A stretch of 63,593 nt of DNA, filler included, from Perkinsus chesapeaki ATCC PRA-425 (lineage: Eukaryota; Protista; Perkinsozoa): the NCBI GenBank assembly GCA_013115145.1. It is 8 parts of 8 records of this genome, joined end to end, with 100 filler letters (N's around TTAATTAATTAA, not from the genome) between each part and the next. Parts side by side here need not be neighbours in the genome. Positions count along the whole stretch, not along the records: positions 37,440 to 41,260 come from JAAPAO010001352.1; positions 41,361 to 45,650 come from JAAPAO010001283.1; positions 45,751 to 59,175 come from JAAPAO010000789.1; 5 more parts are not named here. One strand, written 5' to 3'. The position numbers were made by a program, and so were the translations under genes. The notes below the pieces were generated by a model. That model saw nothing but the letters and a program-made list of their open reading frames with translations. It ran no database searches and was not told the origin of the DNA. This document shows, piece after piece, positions 37,593 to 49,800 of this stretch (positions are counted from its first letter, which is position 1; each line of letters opens with the position of its first letter).

Positions 37593-39441
37593 AGTCGAGC
37601 CTATTCACCAGCCTCTTTCATTAATATGGCCAACTTGTGTCGACCGCAAGAGTATTTCTCTTCTTCCGTGAAGGGTTTATGCGCTCTATAGCTTCTTTCT
37701 CTCCAAAGCATATCGCTTTAAACTTGAATGTCTAGCAGCTATCGTGGTTACACTAGTCCACTACAGCATGTTACGACATTATTACATCCTTGTCCTTGTC
37801 CATGTGTTTGGTGAACTTTCAGAGGTATCAATGAGTTCTACAACTCGCCATGGTGAATCGTGTCAATTTAGATGGTATTCGTCAGCCTCAACTCAGCTCT
37901 GCTGACGGTGAGGTAATTCTGGTATTACTCACGTCATTTATCACTAGATATTCAGAACTGGTTCGGTCAGTCGGAAAATGTCGGGTTTGTCAATCTCACG
38001 CTACCACTGCGCCTACCTATTGTGAAACTACGAGCTTCCCCTTCAATGTGCTCCACGGGGTGCGTTGAAGGGCTAATCCGAGCTTAAATTCAGTAGCCAC
38101 ATTCCAGCTTGCAAGAACGTGTTGATGGTCAGTATAACCTCACCTGGTTAGTCTCATGCAACATTTTGACAGCTTGTCTTTGACAGGGTGTCAAACAAGT
38201 TGACAGGGCGACAGGGTGTCTTTGACGAGTACAATAGTACCCGCTGGGTACTCCGGTTGTCCGGGTACCAATCGGATAACGTTTACGTCACAAATTATGC
38301 TCCAAAAAACGGACATGTATCCCGCGGCGCCTGTCCTGTCAGGAGACGGAAACACAGAATTAATCGCTTGTTTCAATCATTGCAACTCAAGTAATCTGCT
38401 AGCCTCCTAGTAAGCTTCTCACTGCGAACCTCACACAAACGTATCTCTCGTTAAAAAGTCTAGCTGCCTAGTGAGCAGTGCTCACGCGTGCCCCATCGGA
38501 GAATCTCTACTCAACTGTCTCGGGCAGTTGCTTTTCAAAAGAATCCTCTCTATTCGATTGCACGATTGGTCGCGTCTGGAGAGTTCAACGCAACGCGAAC
38601 TGGGAATATTCTTAGGTCGCAGGAAGCACAAATAATACAAACGAAAAAACTATATTCAATCTATATACAAAAATATTTTGTAGCCGTCACGAAACAGTCG
38701 TCAGTGTCACGCTAGAGTGGCGCTTTGTACATGCGTTCAGTACATACATTATTGGGACACGATAGTGCCCGCGGTCATGGAACATTTGCGACAATCACCA
38801 GATTGGTATTATCGCTACAGGACCTGCTAGACATTTTCGGGCGTCCCGGCATTGTACTCCGTTTGCCCAATGTCAGGATGTGTCATTGTATCCCCGTTTT
38901 CCCCTACGCGGAGCTACATACCACTACTCAACAGAGAGTTCTCGCAGGACCAAGCCTGTTCCGCTTGCAGTTGAATTCAGGCTAGTGCTTGTCACGTTCG
39001 ACACTATCTTAGTCCCGTGACTTGCATATCTGGCCTGACAATTGATTCAAGACTGTGCGTCGCCATTGAACCGTAGCACAGGCAAAAGCTGTGACCTACG
39101 GGAGGTATAGACAGCATCCCTTTGGCGTAATATAATCCCTTTGGGATTATATTACGCCATGTCGCACTAGATACCACGGTTCATAGCGCTGATACTTCTA
39201 GCGAACGTCGGGATGCATCACTCGTGGCTTATGCAGAGTCTGGAAAAACGGATACGGATTAGAACCTTGTCCACCACCCGGTTGAACATTCAAGCTGGCG
39301 CGTCCCGTGGTCCGTGAGAAGTAAGGTGGCGCGATTTGCGTCACACAAAAACAACGCTTCTGGCAAGTGAAATTCTGCGGAGCAGGATCTGTGTGAGTAG
39401 GCCTCTCCTTCAGGATCTTAAACTCTCCTCCTTTATACTCC

Positions 39442-39819
39442 ATGTTCCGTCGTCTCGTCCTAATCACGGACTTCGTCCGTTATATGGTGGCCCTAAAATA
39501 TGGCATCGGCGACAGACTTGAAGAATCTCCTATTCACCCTCTCGAAGAGATCCGCTTCGTGGGTCATGGTGATGCCTGAAACTTTCCTCGTCTCGGTAAG
39601 TATCTGACATGCTGTCACAACTCTGAGGTATCTGCGGATTGTTACCACCTCGCCGAACTGGATGAGGCCGTTTTTGATGATACCTACATCATGTGTTGCT
39701 ATGACGGCCCAGACGCAGCTGTAGATTATGATGCTTTGTTCACCAAGGCAAAAGAGAGAGGCCTAGGTCATAAGATACGGAGGCCGGGGCTCCGCCCCGG
39801 TGTCGAGCCTATTCAGTAG
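39442..39819 (+). CDS. Small paralogous family, copy B (possibly a pseudogene)
   Basis: MFRRLVLIT... start and a last exon DCYHLAELDEAVFDDTYIMCCYDGPDAAVDYDALFTKAKERGLGHKIRR. The exon phases do not join cleanly. Confidence 0.5.
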
Positions 39820-41129
39820 CCTATCTTATAAATGTACCTGCCCTGTATCCTTCGCACGAATATTCCTCGTCCTCTGAGGAGAGGTTATGCGCTCTATAAT
39901 TTCTTTTGTAAAAGCCACATTCATTTAAACCTTAGTGTCTATCAGGTTTTGTTGATATACCATGCTCCTTGTAGCGACATTATTATATCCTTGTCCTCAT
40001 CCGTCTGTGTCGTAAGCTTTCAGAGATAGCGAAATGTCTTGCAACTCGTCATGGTTGAGCATCTCGATCTATTTGGTGTTCGCCTTTTCTTCATCTCAGT
40101 CGTGCTGAGAGTGGGGCAATCCTGGCATGATTTATTTTTTTGTGGCGAGATACTCAGAACTAGTTCGGTCGCTCCACAGAGTGTCGCGTTCGTTAAAAAG
40201 CGTTATACTCTCAATCTTCGGTGGAGCTCAAGGTGACGCGTAGAGCCTCGATCCACATAAGAAGCATTATAAGATTCCAACGTATTGCCCCTCATGTTCC
40301 GAAACTGAAATTCCCACGGCGTTGTATGATACAACTTGTATGCAAATTAAAGTTTTGAAATGTGTACTGCAGTAATTTATAGAGAAGAATCATGCGCACG
40401 ATAGTCAGAATCATCAGATCGAGCAACGGTAACTCAACTAGAGACAATCTGAGTTTCTGGTTGAGTTACTCAAATCATGCCTTAATGAAGACAATGTGAA
40501 TGATTCCCCCACAGGGGTTGGAAACTACAGGCTACAGTGAAAGACAATATTCATTGTCTTCAGTAAACACCATAAACTACTCCGCCGAGCCTAGATACAC
40601 AGGACTAGCATAACCTTTCAACAAAGTCGCTGGGTAACCCAGCCTGGGTTGCGCTTGACTATAAGCTGAGTCTCTGACCGTTGGGCGAGTGCGTCACGAC
40701 CTATTTCACGTGCTTCGGCAGTAGCCTTCATTGTGGGTTTGCCGTAGTAATCGGCATCGAGGTCACCAAAGACGCTCCAGCAAGCATGGAGATGTCCTCT
40801 GTGGCGCCACTTATCTCACGAAGTAGACGTACAACCCTTGGCGCCAAAATATTGCGCGGCATCGCTATTCCACAATTTAGCATTCACCGAACATGCATGA
40901 GGATCGGGCCACAAAAAGAGCGAGGCGTAATGGATCAGCATGGAGCTGGCTGTAAGGTTAGACTCTCTAGGCTTGGAATTTCTGCTGGCGCGTCTCGGGG
41001 TCCACCAGGTGTGGGGTGACGTGCCTGACGTCACACCAAAACAACAACTCCGGTGACTGTTTAGCGAGTGGGGCTTCGAGGAAGCCGACTTCTTTCTTAG
41101 GATAGTTAACTCTCCCTTTTTTATACTCG

Positions 41130-41260
41130 ATGTTCCCTCGTCTCGTTCTAATCGCGGTTCTTGCCCAAGGTATGGTGGTGTGACGGATTATTGTAATAGT
41201 AACTCAAAAGCTTATTCCGTCTGAGGATACAAATGGTTCGTAGGTGAGGAGGTCGATACC
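41130..41260 (+). CDS. Small paralogous family, copy C (5' part, cut by a spacer)
   Basis: MFPRLVLIAVLAQG, with upstream sequence aligning to that of copy B. Confidence 0.45.
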
Positions 41261-41420
41261 NNNNNNNNNNNNNNNNNNNNNNNNNNNNNNNNNNNNNNNN
41301 NNNNTTAATTAATTAANNNNNNNNNNNNNNNNNNNNNNNNNNNNNNNNNNNNNNNNNNNNTAATATCGTCTAGCCTTAGTACACACTTGGTAGTCTATCA
41401 ATGATAGATCACTCGACACA

Positions 41421-42100
41421 TCACTCAAAAAGCCCTCCTAACTGCCATTCGACACTAATCAACTCAACACAAACCAATTGAGTCGGCATTTTACGCCGAG
41501 GAAAGACCGACTCTTCTTGCTTGTGTCCGAGTCTCCAATCCCCTCGTAACTCCTCTTCTCGTCTGAAAAGGATCGTACACTTCGCTACGACAATTGCCAA
41601 ACACTCACTGTTTATCGCACAAAGCGGCCTTTGATTTCTCAGTGAGCTTCTCCACGTCCTTATCATCTCACTTCTCGAGGCTCGAGACTCGAGAGCCGAC
41701 TCAACTCTTTCCCCAGACATACTGAGACTTATTCGCGAGGTTCCTGACAAGTGACTCTTCTCGGGCTGGGCCGGCCCGGCTGGCGCCCGCTCGTCCTTGG
41801 CGGTAGCTGGGACATCAGCTTGGTCATGAGCAGCCTCGTCCACAGGCTTGTCGCCGTGAGAGACAAATTGACTTGAAATGTGAAAGTTAAAAAATTGGTT
41901 CGAAGAAGCAAGAGACTTAACTACTTACCCTGCAATTTCCGGGAAATTATTTTCCCTCGATCACACACTTCGACACCACTCGAAGATACAGTGTTTCAAC
42001 TTGGAACTTCCAAGTTAATCCAGAATGTCACGCCTTTGTTACCATCCCCTGCCAGATCGGTGACTCTGAGCCCAAAACTCGAATAATCTTCTCCATACGT
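41421..42100 (-). pseudogene. Degenerate spliced ORF fragments of unknown family
   Basis: A 140-aa ORF plus an upstream exon with a gtaag donor; internal TGA in the best frame. Confidence 0.25.
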
Positions 42101-42145
42101 AGCATTGATTCAAGGTCCTTGAGCATACCAGCCAAGTTTCACCGT

Positions 42146-43593
42146 CTATACCTTTCAGAAATCTATTTCGCGGATGAGGCCACCAATTTCGCGAATAAGG
42201 AAATCATGTTCGCGAATAGGGACATCAATTTCGCGGCAGGGGTAGAATACCGAAGCCTCCGAACCTCAGGTTCGGCATGGGGGTCTCAGCATATGCACGA
42301 ACGAAGGACTATACAGCCAAGAACCCAGGGCGCGCACACAGCGAAGCAGTGTGTGAGGATGTCGCTGGAGCAGAGAGCAAACAGCGAGACTGCTCATCAC
42401 TGCAGGCAACGGTTAATTGTGGCAAGAGACCAATCATTAGCCCGACGGTGAACCATTTCACCTGTCGTGTGCACACCTCCTTCGGATCTCGGTTGTGGGT
42501 GGAGTGGTTGAAATGACATAAGGTATACGCCTTGTCACTTGTAGTGGGCCCTGGCTGCTGCGGGGACAGCTAAGCTAAGGATTAGGTTGCTACGAGCATG
42601 TAAGGTAATATTGTGTGGGCTGTCCCTTATTACAAACTTCTCGGCTCCTTGGTGTCACTAAGTTTGTATGTGCAACACACTGTGTTGGAGGGTCGTATCT
42701 GATCGTTGGTAGCCGAAACCTCCGTAGTGTGGTTTCAAGTTGAAACTTTCAACCACAGAAAAGCCTACGGCTTTTGAAAAGCCGCTTTTCTCCCGCAGGA
42801 AATCAATTTCGCGGATAAGGACATCAATTTCGCGAATAAGGATCGCAATTTCACGGATAAGGAAATCGATTTCGGGCCGTACTTTCAACCACGCAAAAAT
42901 ATCTTTTTGGTATTGCTTTTCGCGAAATTTTTAGAAAAAATCTTCGGAGTGCTAAAAGTTGCACAATGTGCAATACCTTCCAGAAACGACGTTAATGGCC
43001 AAAATCATGGACGGCCTGGTTCTGCTCAGAGCTTTGGGGTGTTTGAGTCTGCCTGGGTCGATAGAGCCCGTGGCCCGGACTGCGGCCATGTCACTCACAT
43101 GGAGTACGGACGGAGACTCAAAAGTGCGAGTATCTCCAAGTCGTTTTCAGGAACGGGCGCCTAACATTATTTTGCGCGGCTGCAAGAACTTCTGCTAGGA
43201 TGACCGTGTTTACCGGCAGTGGAGGGATGGACCAAGAAAAACCTCACGTGAGACGTAAGGAAGTTAGATTTGCGGATAGAGTCAGGACTCTGAAACTGAA
43301 AGATATGTGGCGCGCGGGATATGCTACCGTGCGCAGCCGTAATATACCGCGCGCGTCCACTGCCGCAAAGTCGCCGTCACGATTTTGAGCGGCCAATCCT
43401 TGATAACCCAGGCGACACGTGTCCCGAGTAATCTCCAATTGACCTCGCATTTTTGCAGCTACTCGGCATAGATACTCTATTCACTAAATTGATTTCCCTA
43501 TTCTACCCCTACCGCGAAATTGATGTCCCTATTCGCGAAAATGATTTCCTTATTCGCGAAATTGGTGACCTTATCCGCGAAATATATCTCCGA
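42146..43593. mobile_element. Putative non-autonomous foldback/MITE-like element bounded by inverted arrays of 21-bp repeats, with a third internal array
   Basis: Units such as GAAATCAATTTCGCGAATAAG x4 at 42158-42241 (+), x4 at 42799-42880 (+) and x4-5 at 43484-43582 (-). The left and right arrays match unit by unit. Confidence 0.6.
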
Positions 43594-44942
43594 AAAGTAT
43601 AGTACTCCTTGATTATTGAGAACTCGAAAATTGGCTTGAATAATGCCAAATTAGAGCGGAATATAGGCCTTGATTATGGCCCAAAAATCAAGATTTTTCT
43701 TAGGGAAGTACCCAGAGATTATAGAGTCCGACTACAACTCTTGTTCTATCTTTAACCTAGTATATGCAGTACTTATACCTCAAAGTCCCAAAGCTCTTCT
43801 GGTCATTTCGCACGACCATCGTAATACGATGTGTCGTAACTGCACTTCTCCCGTTGAAAATTGGTGACTGGAATGCGAGGTGGGTTTATCTCAAATCGTC
43901 CAGTACCAACTGGTCCATGAGGTGAACTCGTAAACCATAGATTCGCCCACTACCAACTCATCAACTGCCAATTCATCCAGAAACGCTGGGCGGCTGTACT
44001 CAACTGAGACAGTGCCGGGTCTTCCACCGCAACTTCGCTCGCCGTCATGTCGTCCAGTGCCAGATCATACACTGGATGTTTCCCGTCCAACGCAACATTG
44101 ACAGTCTTAAACCGAGACATGACTTGAAGGCATCTCATGCGGCGTGCGAACTGGTGGTGAGCAATTCCGCATTTCGTCAGATCTCGGCGACATTGCGCCC
44201 ACATAAAATGACAACTTGCCCCAGACGAGCGGCGAAAAAAACTTATATATCAAGCACCCGATATGCCCAAGATCCATCCTGTCATACCAGGCTATATGCT
44301 ATAGCCCGCAATATACAGGTTATATACTAGGTTGATTTGTCTCCTTTTGTCAACTTCGTTCGGGGCTTTGGTATCGTTGCCATGCTGAGCATAACGAAAG
44401 GGATAGGTACGATCATAGTTTGAAACATGTAGCTAATAAAGAGCTTGACATGTGAAATATAAACTGTTTGGCCAGGAACGGCGCTATGCTGGGGGCAGCT
44501 TGAGAGAAGCGTTAATCCCGTTCTCCGTATTTAATCTCGTTCTCCGTATTCAAATCACGTCGCCGGTCTAATCCGCACCAGACAAACGTATGAAATACGC
44601 ACCTTGAGTAACCCGTGACGCCGCGCCGGCGTCACTCGTCGATGCGAGACATCGGGATCTTTTCAAGGCATGGGGGTTGGCAGACCTGGAGACAGTTGGT
44701 CTCATAGTCGACCTCGGCAGCTCCCTCAGGTCCGTACTAGTACATACGAACTTAGTCATTATTCATTAACTCCACTGCGGGCCGCAGAACGGTCAGAGTC
44801 GCAGTCTGCGGCTCTGACCGTCCGCGTGGCGAGAAGCGCCATGACGCCACCGAGGTGAAGCGCGAGCTTATTCTCCAGCTCCGAGACTATCGAATGGCTT
44901 CTCTTGTCGTAGTATCCTGGGAGCTTCTTTTCACGTTGACCC

Positions 44943-45650
44943 ATGCAAACTAGAGGCTCCGTATTTTTTATCTACGTGCTCTCGTCTCTCTGGTTGATAC
45001 TCGGTGAATGTGGAAGTAACAGTGGAATTTCTCGGCCATCTAGTCTTTCCTCTAAGGTTGTACGGACTAAAAATGGACCGGTAGAAGGTATCGTTCACCG
45101 CAAAAATCTTATGGCAGCCCAGCCTCGCCCGAGAGATGTGGCTGCATTCTATGGTATCCCTTTTGCAGCCCCACCAGTAGGGAACCTTCGTTTCCGTCCT
45201 CCGCAGCCCCTCAACGAAACTTGGTCGGTGCCCCGTCTCATGAACGAAACTGGCTTCAGCTGCGCGGATAGGGAAGACTGCCTCTATCTCGACCTATTCG
45301 CCCCGAATGACGCTATTAACAGTAATGCCTCGTTGCCTGTGTTTTTATGGGTACACGGCGGAGGATTCGCTTTTGGTGTTCCAGAAAATGGCACAGCATT
45401 GGCATCGGTTCACAACATCATTGTTGTCTCCATTCGTTATCGACTCGGTCATTTCGGATTCTTCGCATCTCCTGCGTCGCTTTCCCAGGAAGGAACTACT
45501 GGCAACTGGGGAACTCTTGACCAGCAGTTTGCAATGAAATGGATTCAGGCGAACATCGCTGCATTTGGTGGTGACCATGATAAGGTTACCCTTGCCGGAC
45601 AATCAGCAGGTGCTTTCAGTGTCATGTGGCATCTCGTGGCTCCAGGGAGT
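44943..45650 (+). CDS. Type-B carboxylesterase (cholinesterase-like), secreted, truncated by a spacer
   Basis: Signal peptide; FYGIPFAAPPVGNLRFRPP, EDCLYL, WVHGGGF, YRLGHFGF, GNWGTLDQQFAMKWIQANIAAFGGD and the nucleophile motif GQSAG. Confidence 0.95.
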
Positions 45651-46463
45651 NNNNNNNNNNNNNNNNNNNNNNNNNNNNNNNNNNNNNNNNNNNNTTAATT
45701 AATTAANNNNNNNNNNNNNNNNNNNNNNNNNNNNNNNNNNNNNNNNNNNNGATGACTAGTCTAATCCTGCGCACTTATATATTCTCAACTTTTTATACGT
45801 GTACACAAGGTGACGTGGAGGGCAGTGTGCTACTTTGCTTTCTAGCGTTACTATTCTAATTTATAAACTACTACTGCCTATATCGCGATTATTTTTTAAG
45901 ACTACTCTCGTACGAACTACTTTCGACTGGAATTTATATACTATAAAGGTTGTTATTCGAATGCTAATCTATTTCATTTTGAAGTACTAATTACTAGCCC
46001 CTCTTTAACTACCTCTATGACCTCCCTCCAGGGACTACAGCAGTTGGTTGATAACTATCGAGGGAGAAGCCATTCACTAGAGCTAACGAGGAGAAGGCTG
46101 GTGATCTGACCACCCTCTAGCTACTGCTGGAAATGACGAACTAGATCAACTACGTGCTCAATTACGGAAGAAGACTGCCGACTTGGGTGCTACTTCTACT
46201 AATACTACTATTGCTACCTCCACGATTAACTACAACTACGCTGCTGATAATGCTACTGCCATCACTACTAATGACGAGGAAGACGAAGGAATGACTATTG
46301 AAGAGAACTAGATGATAATGACGATAACTACTCATTTGATTTGATTCACTACTTTATTTCACTATGGCCTTGTATTCTGTTCTAGCTTCTACCGTTTACT
46401 AGATTGCTGACACTTTTACACTACTACTACCCTTGTATTAGTGCGTGGCCAATGCGCGGTCCG

Positions 46464-46867
46464 TGTGCGGTCTCCTGTGACCGCGCGAGGGAGGTTCTCG
46501 CTCGCCCTAAATTGTCTAAGCGAAACCGTCTAACGGTGGAAGCTGTGTTGAAGCCAAGATTGAGTGAATCTACGAGCCTTTGTGTGGTTCTAGTATTACC
46601 CTTTGAGTTGCTTTGTGCTCCTCATAGTTGCTTGTGCTCTAGTAGCCTTAGTAGTTGCTCAAGCGCGTTAGACTTGCGATCGTTCTGTCATTAACTAGTT
46701 AGTATATCTAGTTCAACGCTCTATAGAAGTTGCGTTAAGCCTCAGGAGTCCATGGAATTAAGATCAGGATCTAAGCTACCTATTACACCTAAGACTAACT
46801 CTAGAACGGGATCTAGATTGAGCCGCGTTGCTTTTTCCCTTTCCCCATCTTCCAGGATTCCTTCACA
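46464..46867 (+). repeat. 5' LTR
   Basis: Starts TGTGCGG and ends CTTCACA; matches 55356-55759 except A/G near 46798/55690. Confidence 0.95.
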
Positions 46868-49800
46868 TTCTACCGGGATCGATGACCCACTGAGGGTCCC
46901 TCTTCAAGTCTACTCTGGTCAAACCGATGACAACAAGGCCAATAGTGATACTCTAGATGGTACTCAATCTATTGCCTGTGAACCCCCTCATCTAGGAACC
47001 CAAGACGGTCAACCTGAACACCCTCCTGGAGTGCACCCACGAGACAGTTCTAAGGAGAAGGACCCCACATCTAGTCAAGGCCCTAAGCGGCTGGTCAAAG
47101 GCCCCTGTACAATTGTCAAATCTCGCCTCAAGACCCCCGTTGCCCGACTTCGAGGAGCCTGTCTACCTGACCGCAGAGGATCCGCTCGAGGGGCTCCTAA
47201 CTCATCCTCTAGATCAGCACACATGCAGTCAACCCAGCCAACCTCAAACGGTGAACTATCACTTGGGACAGTCCCTCAAGGCCCACATCTAGCAGCCTCA
47301 GTCCCAGCGGCTTCCCCATGCTTCGGGAACACCGCATCTACTTCCCCCACTACTCAACCACTAGCTTCTACATCAACCACTACGCCTGCCCAAGAGCAGC
47401 AATGCCACAGGAACGCCACAACTAGCCCATGCTCTAATGAGCATCGAGGTGTGGTCTCGCAAGGCGGGTATCTAGAACAAGACGATGTCTATAAGTCCAC
47501 GGCTGAGCATGTCGAGACGATATCATCAAGACCTGTCCAAGCTGCAGCGGAAAGATCTATGTATAAGAATATCGTACCATGTTCCAATGTTGTAATTGCG
47601 TGTCAACCAGAGTTTCCACCGTGTCAGTACGGGTACTCAATTAGTCACCTCTACAACAAGTCCGAAATCAAAGCGGATGAGGGAAAGCCTAGACAAGATC
47701 TAGAGCGAGTACCGCTCTATCCGTGCGGCCCGCTGGCACGACCCGGTTGTTCTGAACCCTTCAAACACGAACCAGGCCACTGCGAGGACCCTCTAGGGCG
47801 GTCCGACCCCTCTATCATGGCTGGACATGATAGTTCTACTGGCATATCTTTTGGTGGTATTGGTGGATCTAATGGTGGTGGTTTGGGTGGATCTATGACT
47901 GGTGGTACTAATGTTGGTCCTATCCAGGATAATCTAGGCATGTTTCAACCAGGCAGGCCCTGGGGCGACCCGGCCTATGATTACTCCTATGGTATTAATC
48001 TACCCATCTGGGGCAGCAACGAGATCTATCCGTCCTCTACCTCTGAGGTAGTGCGAAATCTAGGAAGGGCACCTGCTGCGACTTATCAATCTCCCCCCTG
48101 TGCCCAACCTTGTCCTGTTACCATTGAGTCTAATTCACAGCGTCTACCCCGGGAAGGTAATGCTGTTTTCGGTGGTACATCTACCAGCCATGCTGGCTCA
48201 CAACATCTAGCCGGCCCACCTCATCACGGCCGTCTATATGCTTCTATTAATCCTGCATTCCCTAACAATATGGCTATGGGAAACACTCAAGCTAACGACA
48301 CAGCTAAACCCACTGGCTCTAACAATCGAGCACAGTACTATCATATCGATACTTGTCGTCTACAGCCTCATCAAGCCCAACAATGCTACCATCAAGACGA
48401 TGGGAACTCAGCGGTCTATCATCCGAGGGAGCGAGCTCACTACCCATCTAGCGATGACGGTCAAGAGACCAACCGCTCAAGTCCATCCTCTAGGTATCAT
48501 GCCGATCGACGTCACAGACGTGCTCCACACTACTCAAGTACATCTAACCGGCGAAGGTCCTCTTCCAGCTCAAGGAGATCATCTAGTACGGAAGGGTCGT
48601 TCAACAGTCGAGGGAGGTATCGAGAACCTACCCGCGGCTCTACTACTCGTCTGCATTCTAGACATAGAGTCTATGATACTGAGGAGTTCTATGTGCCTGC
48701 CAAGCGTTCAATTGCTGGCTACCACTCTAAATGTCCCGGATGTCACCGCAAGCCGTGCGCTGCACGCATCCCCGACAAAGACTTCGACTCAGCATCTAAT
48801 AATGCGACTAGGCGCCCTTCTAAATCTATATTCGCCGGTGATGACGATGATAGAAGTGGTTCTACGTTCTGTCGAGAGATCGATCAGGCAATGGAGGGTC
48901 ATAACGCTATCAGCCGCTATCTGTGGGCTAAGAACAATATTGATCCAGGTCTCTGGCGTAAACTAACTAACTCGCTAGAGCCTCCAGCTAGATGTCATGA
49001 AAGCTATGAGTGGCATCTAAATCGGCTTCATCGAGAACTCCGCAGGAGGTTCGATACCGATGAGGCTCTAGCCAGGACAGAGTATAAGTTCAACACATGT
49101 ACTCAACAACCTGGCGAATCTCTATTCAAATTCATCAGCCGGCTAGAAGCTCTAGCTGATGAGTTGGTCTATTTGCAGGCCGGACCTCGGCAATCTACAC
49201 TCAAGAGAAGGCTCTATGATGGTCTCTGCTCTAACAACCTCCGGGAGAAGGTTGAGATCGAGGTCGGGGATCGTAGGGTCTCCTATGAGAAATTCGTCGA
49301 TCTACTGTCGGACTGTGACCGCAGACGTCTAGGCCGACAACGCAGACCCGAGACAGCTAAGTCTACCATCGAAGGCCCTCAGCTATCGAGGGACAAATCT
49401 ATTTCTACGTCACGCTCTAAGGCACGCGTCAATGCTATCGACTGTGTCTGTGAGGACTCTGATATCGATGAGGACGCCAACTACTGCTATGCGGTTGGGG
49501 CTGATCTAGTGTCTATCAAATGCTACAGATGTCTACAAACCGGGCATCCAGCGCGGGCGTGCACTTCGAATGAAGTTGCACAGCTAAGTACGCGCTGCTC
49601 TAAGTGTGGCAACCCTAATCACGACGAATCTACTTGTAAGGTGCCGACTAAAAGCCTGCTATGTCCACGCTGTCAGCAACGAGGCCATCTAGCCTATGTC
49701 TGCACGGCTAAGAAGCCCGTTGAAGGACAGTCTAGAAAAGGTGGTCCCAAGCCGAGGCCCGACTCTAAGCAGCCACTGGATAGGCCTGCTAATTCAGGGA

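Noticed and set aside
44759-44944. 61-aa minus ORF abutting the esterase ATG
   Set aside because: Short, overlaps a hairpin-rich upstream region and has no motif.
46404-46694. ORFs of 96 and 84 aa in the two LTRs
   Set aside because: Duplicated only because they lie in the LTRs; they begin in unrelated flanks and show no domain.
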